From Escherichia phage arall: 64,000 bases of DNA. The DNA lies in sequence record MN850584.1, one strand, 5' to 3'. Below the pieces are notes generated by a model. The model worked only from the letters and a program-made list of their open reading frames with translations, was not told where the DNA came from and did no database searches. Positions 62,281 to 64,000 of this stretch are shown in pieces; within the stretch, counting starts at the first letter, position 1; each line of letters begins with the position of its first letter. The position numbers and the translations under genes were made by a program.

Positions 62281-64000
62281 ATGAATATTTTTGCACCTTT
62301 TGCTACTGATTGGTATAAACCTGGTCACAAGCAGATGTACAACCAAAATACAAAACTCATTTTCTCTAATTTAACTCCTCGTAATGATAAAAACTTTGCA
62401 CACTATGCAGATCGTGAAGCACGTGGTGTAATTGTTTTAGGTATTCGTCGAGCAGTTACTGATGCTCTTGTAACTATGTGGGATAGCTTCTTTAAAATGT
62501 CTCGTAGTGCAGCAGTAAATAAGTTTTATCGTATGTCTAAAAATGCATTAGGTGCTTCTTCTCCTTCTGCTGAATGTTGGGGAGAATTGCACGATTTAGG
62601 TTATCTTCCGCTGGAAGTTCGATCTCTGCCAGAAGGTGTTTTGTGTCCTATTGGTGTTCCTGTGTTTACTGTGCATAATACTTTAGAAAAATTCTTTTGG
62701 TTAACTAACTATGTGGAAACACTATTGTCAGATGAAACTTGGAAGACAATGACTAATGCTACAGCAGCTTTTCAGTATAAGCGTATTGCTATGGCATATG
62801 CGATGGCAACGTGTGATAATATTGATCACGTTAACTTCCAGTGTCATGATTTTAGCCTACGTGGTTTAAGTAATATTGAAGATGGTTATAAGAGTGGTAT
62901 CGCTCATTTGGCATCGTTCACAGGCACAGATAATATTCTGGCTATTGAAACTGTGCATGATTATTATGGTATTGATTATGATCAGTTTGTTGCAGGTTCT
63001 ATTCCGGCAACAGAACATTCAGTAGCAACGACTAACATTGGAGCTATTGTTGAAGATCTGAAGAAACATTTCCCACATCTTAAAGATGATGTTGATGGGC
63101 TTCGTTATGTAGCAGAGAAAGAGTTTCTTCGCCGCTATATTGAAGAAATTGTTCCAGAAGGTTTTTGTTCATATGTAGCAGATTCTTATGATTACTGGGC
63201 TGTCTTGACTCGCATTCTGGTAGAATTGAAAGAGTCCATTATGTCACGAAATGGTCGTCTTGTTATTCGTCCAGATTCAGGAGATCCGGTTAAAGTTGTT
63301 GCAGGATACAATGTTGAATCTTTTGCTAACTATGAAGACCTTTTAAATAATGGTATTGCTACAGCCACTGAAGTAGTTCATTTGGCTGATGTTAATAAGT
63401 ATTACAATGTTCTTCAGGATTGCAGTGTTGCTGATTGTATTGATGAAACTTATGAGATTCCTTATTGTGAAGCAGTAGGTTCTATTCAAATCCTTTGGGA
63501 AGTGTTTGGTGGTACTATCAACCGAAAAGGCTACAAGGTTCTTGATCAGCACATCGGTATGATTTATGGTGATTCTATTACTGTTGAACGAGAACACGAG
63601 ATCTTACGCCGACTGAAGAAGAAAGGTTTTGCAGCTTCCAATATTGTATTTGGTGTTGGTAGTTATACTTATCAGTTCAATACACGAGATACTTTTGGTT
63701 TTGCTGTTAAAGCAACAGGTAGTATCATCGGTGAACACGAAATTTTGGTAAGTAAGGAGCCTAAAACTGATCCTGGTAAACGCTCTGCAAAAGGTTTTAT
63801 TAAGGTTGTTAAGGATACAAATGGTAAACTTTCTCTTGTGGATAATCTTTCTTTTAAAGATATTCAAGATGAAGACAATGAGTTAAAAGTTATCTTCAGG
63901 GATGGTACGGTTATTACACCACAAGTAGAAGGACGTGATGAAACATTTACTGATATCCGCAACCGTGTTGATGTAGAGGTTCTTCGTACTATGGGAACCA
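62281..64000 (+). CDS. Nicotinamide phosphoribosyltransferase (NAMPT/NadV)-family protein, 3'-truncated by window; candidate nicotinamide ADP-ribose transferase
   Basis: TDWYKPGH (TDSYK), CHDFSLRG, GTDN, VIRPDSGDP, GMIYGDSIT, FGVGS. Confidence 0.8.
   Translation, partial: MNIFAPFATDWYKPGHKQMYNQNTKLIFSNLTPRNDKNFAHYADREARGVIVLGIRRAVTDALVTMWDSFFKMSRSAAVNKFYRMSKNALGASSPSAECWGELHDLGYLPLEVRSLPEGVLCPIGVPVFTVHNTLEKFFWLTNYVETLLSDETWKTMTNATAAFQYKRIAMAYAMATCDNIDHVNFQCHDFSLRGLSNIEDGYKSGIAHLASFTGTDNILAIETVHDYYGIDYDQFVAGSIPATEHSVATTNIGAIVEDLKKHFPHLKDDVDGLRYVAEKEFLRRYIEEIVPEGFCSYVADSYDYWAVLTRILVELKESIMSRNGRLVIRPDSGDPVKVVAGYNVESFANYEDLLNNGIATATEVVHLADVNKYYNVLQDCSVADCIDETYEIPYCEAVGSIQILWEVFGGTINRKGYKVLDQHIGMIYGDSITVEREHEILRRLKKKGFAASNIVFGVGSYTYQFNTRDTFGFAVKATGSIIGEHEILVSKEPKTDPGKRSAKGFIKVVKDTNGKLSLVDNLSFKDIQDEDNELKVIFRDGTVITPQVEGRDETFTDIRNRVDVEVLRTMGT

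Overview
The window reads as part of a large, AT-rich, virulent-type dsDNA phage genome; all calls come from reading the sequence and recalling protein motifs, with no database search run. The family cannot be fixed from sequence alone: a T5orf172-like domain, sigma70-type early promoters, and T4-like lysozyme, NrdAB and Tdk point to an enterobacterial-type lytic phage. Layout: (1) 1-2000: 3' end of an upstream gene, a Cys-rich repeat protein with a T5orf172/GIY-YIG-like C-terminus, and a NADAR-family protein. (2) 2100-3300: direct repeats, a cluster of GAGAAT/GATAAT palindromes, and a GC-rich island with divergent promoters. (3) 3300-12000: about 25 small + strand early ORFs, at least 14 of them behind a stereotyped cassette of TTGACA/TAnnnT promoter plus a conserved hairpin at the predicted transcript 5' end. 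(4) 12000-13800: a non-coding, highly structured AT-rich region with nested palindromes and Fur-box-like motifs. (5) 13800-25400: about 38 tightly packed + strand small ORFs, several in paralogous pairs. (6) 25400-60900: a 35-kb minus-strand block encoding a Zn-less Sir2-like protein, C5 and N6 DNA methyltransferases, a DprA/SLOG-like protein, two metallophosphatases, a serine recombinase, an orphan HslV-like peptidase, PhoH, T4-type lysozyme, glutaredoxin, a complete dTDP-L-rhamnose pathway (rmlBACD), NrdAB, ThyX, Tdk, an HNH endonuclease, a DEDD exonuclease, a FEN-type nuclease, an RdgC-like protein, a DNA ligase, and a phosphatase/RNA ligase/polynucleotide kinase RNA-repair trio. (7) 61000-64000: a divergent Prs-like plus NAMPT-like gene pair resembling the NARP1 NAD+ reconstitution module. 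The most notable themes are an NAD+/ADP-ribose toolkit (NADAR, Sir2-like, SLOG-like, NARP1-like), the rml operon with no glycosyltransferase in view, the orphan HslV, and the covarying 5' hairpin on early promoters. I cannot tell which of these is truly undescribed.
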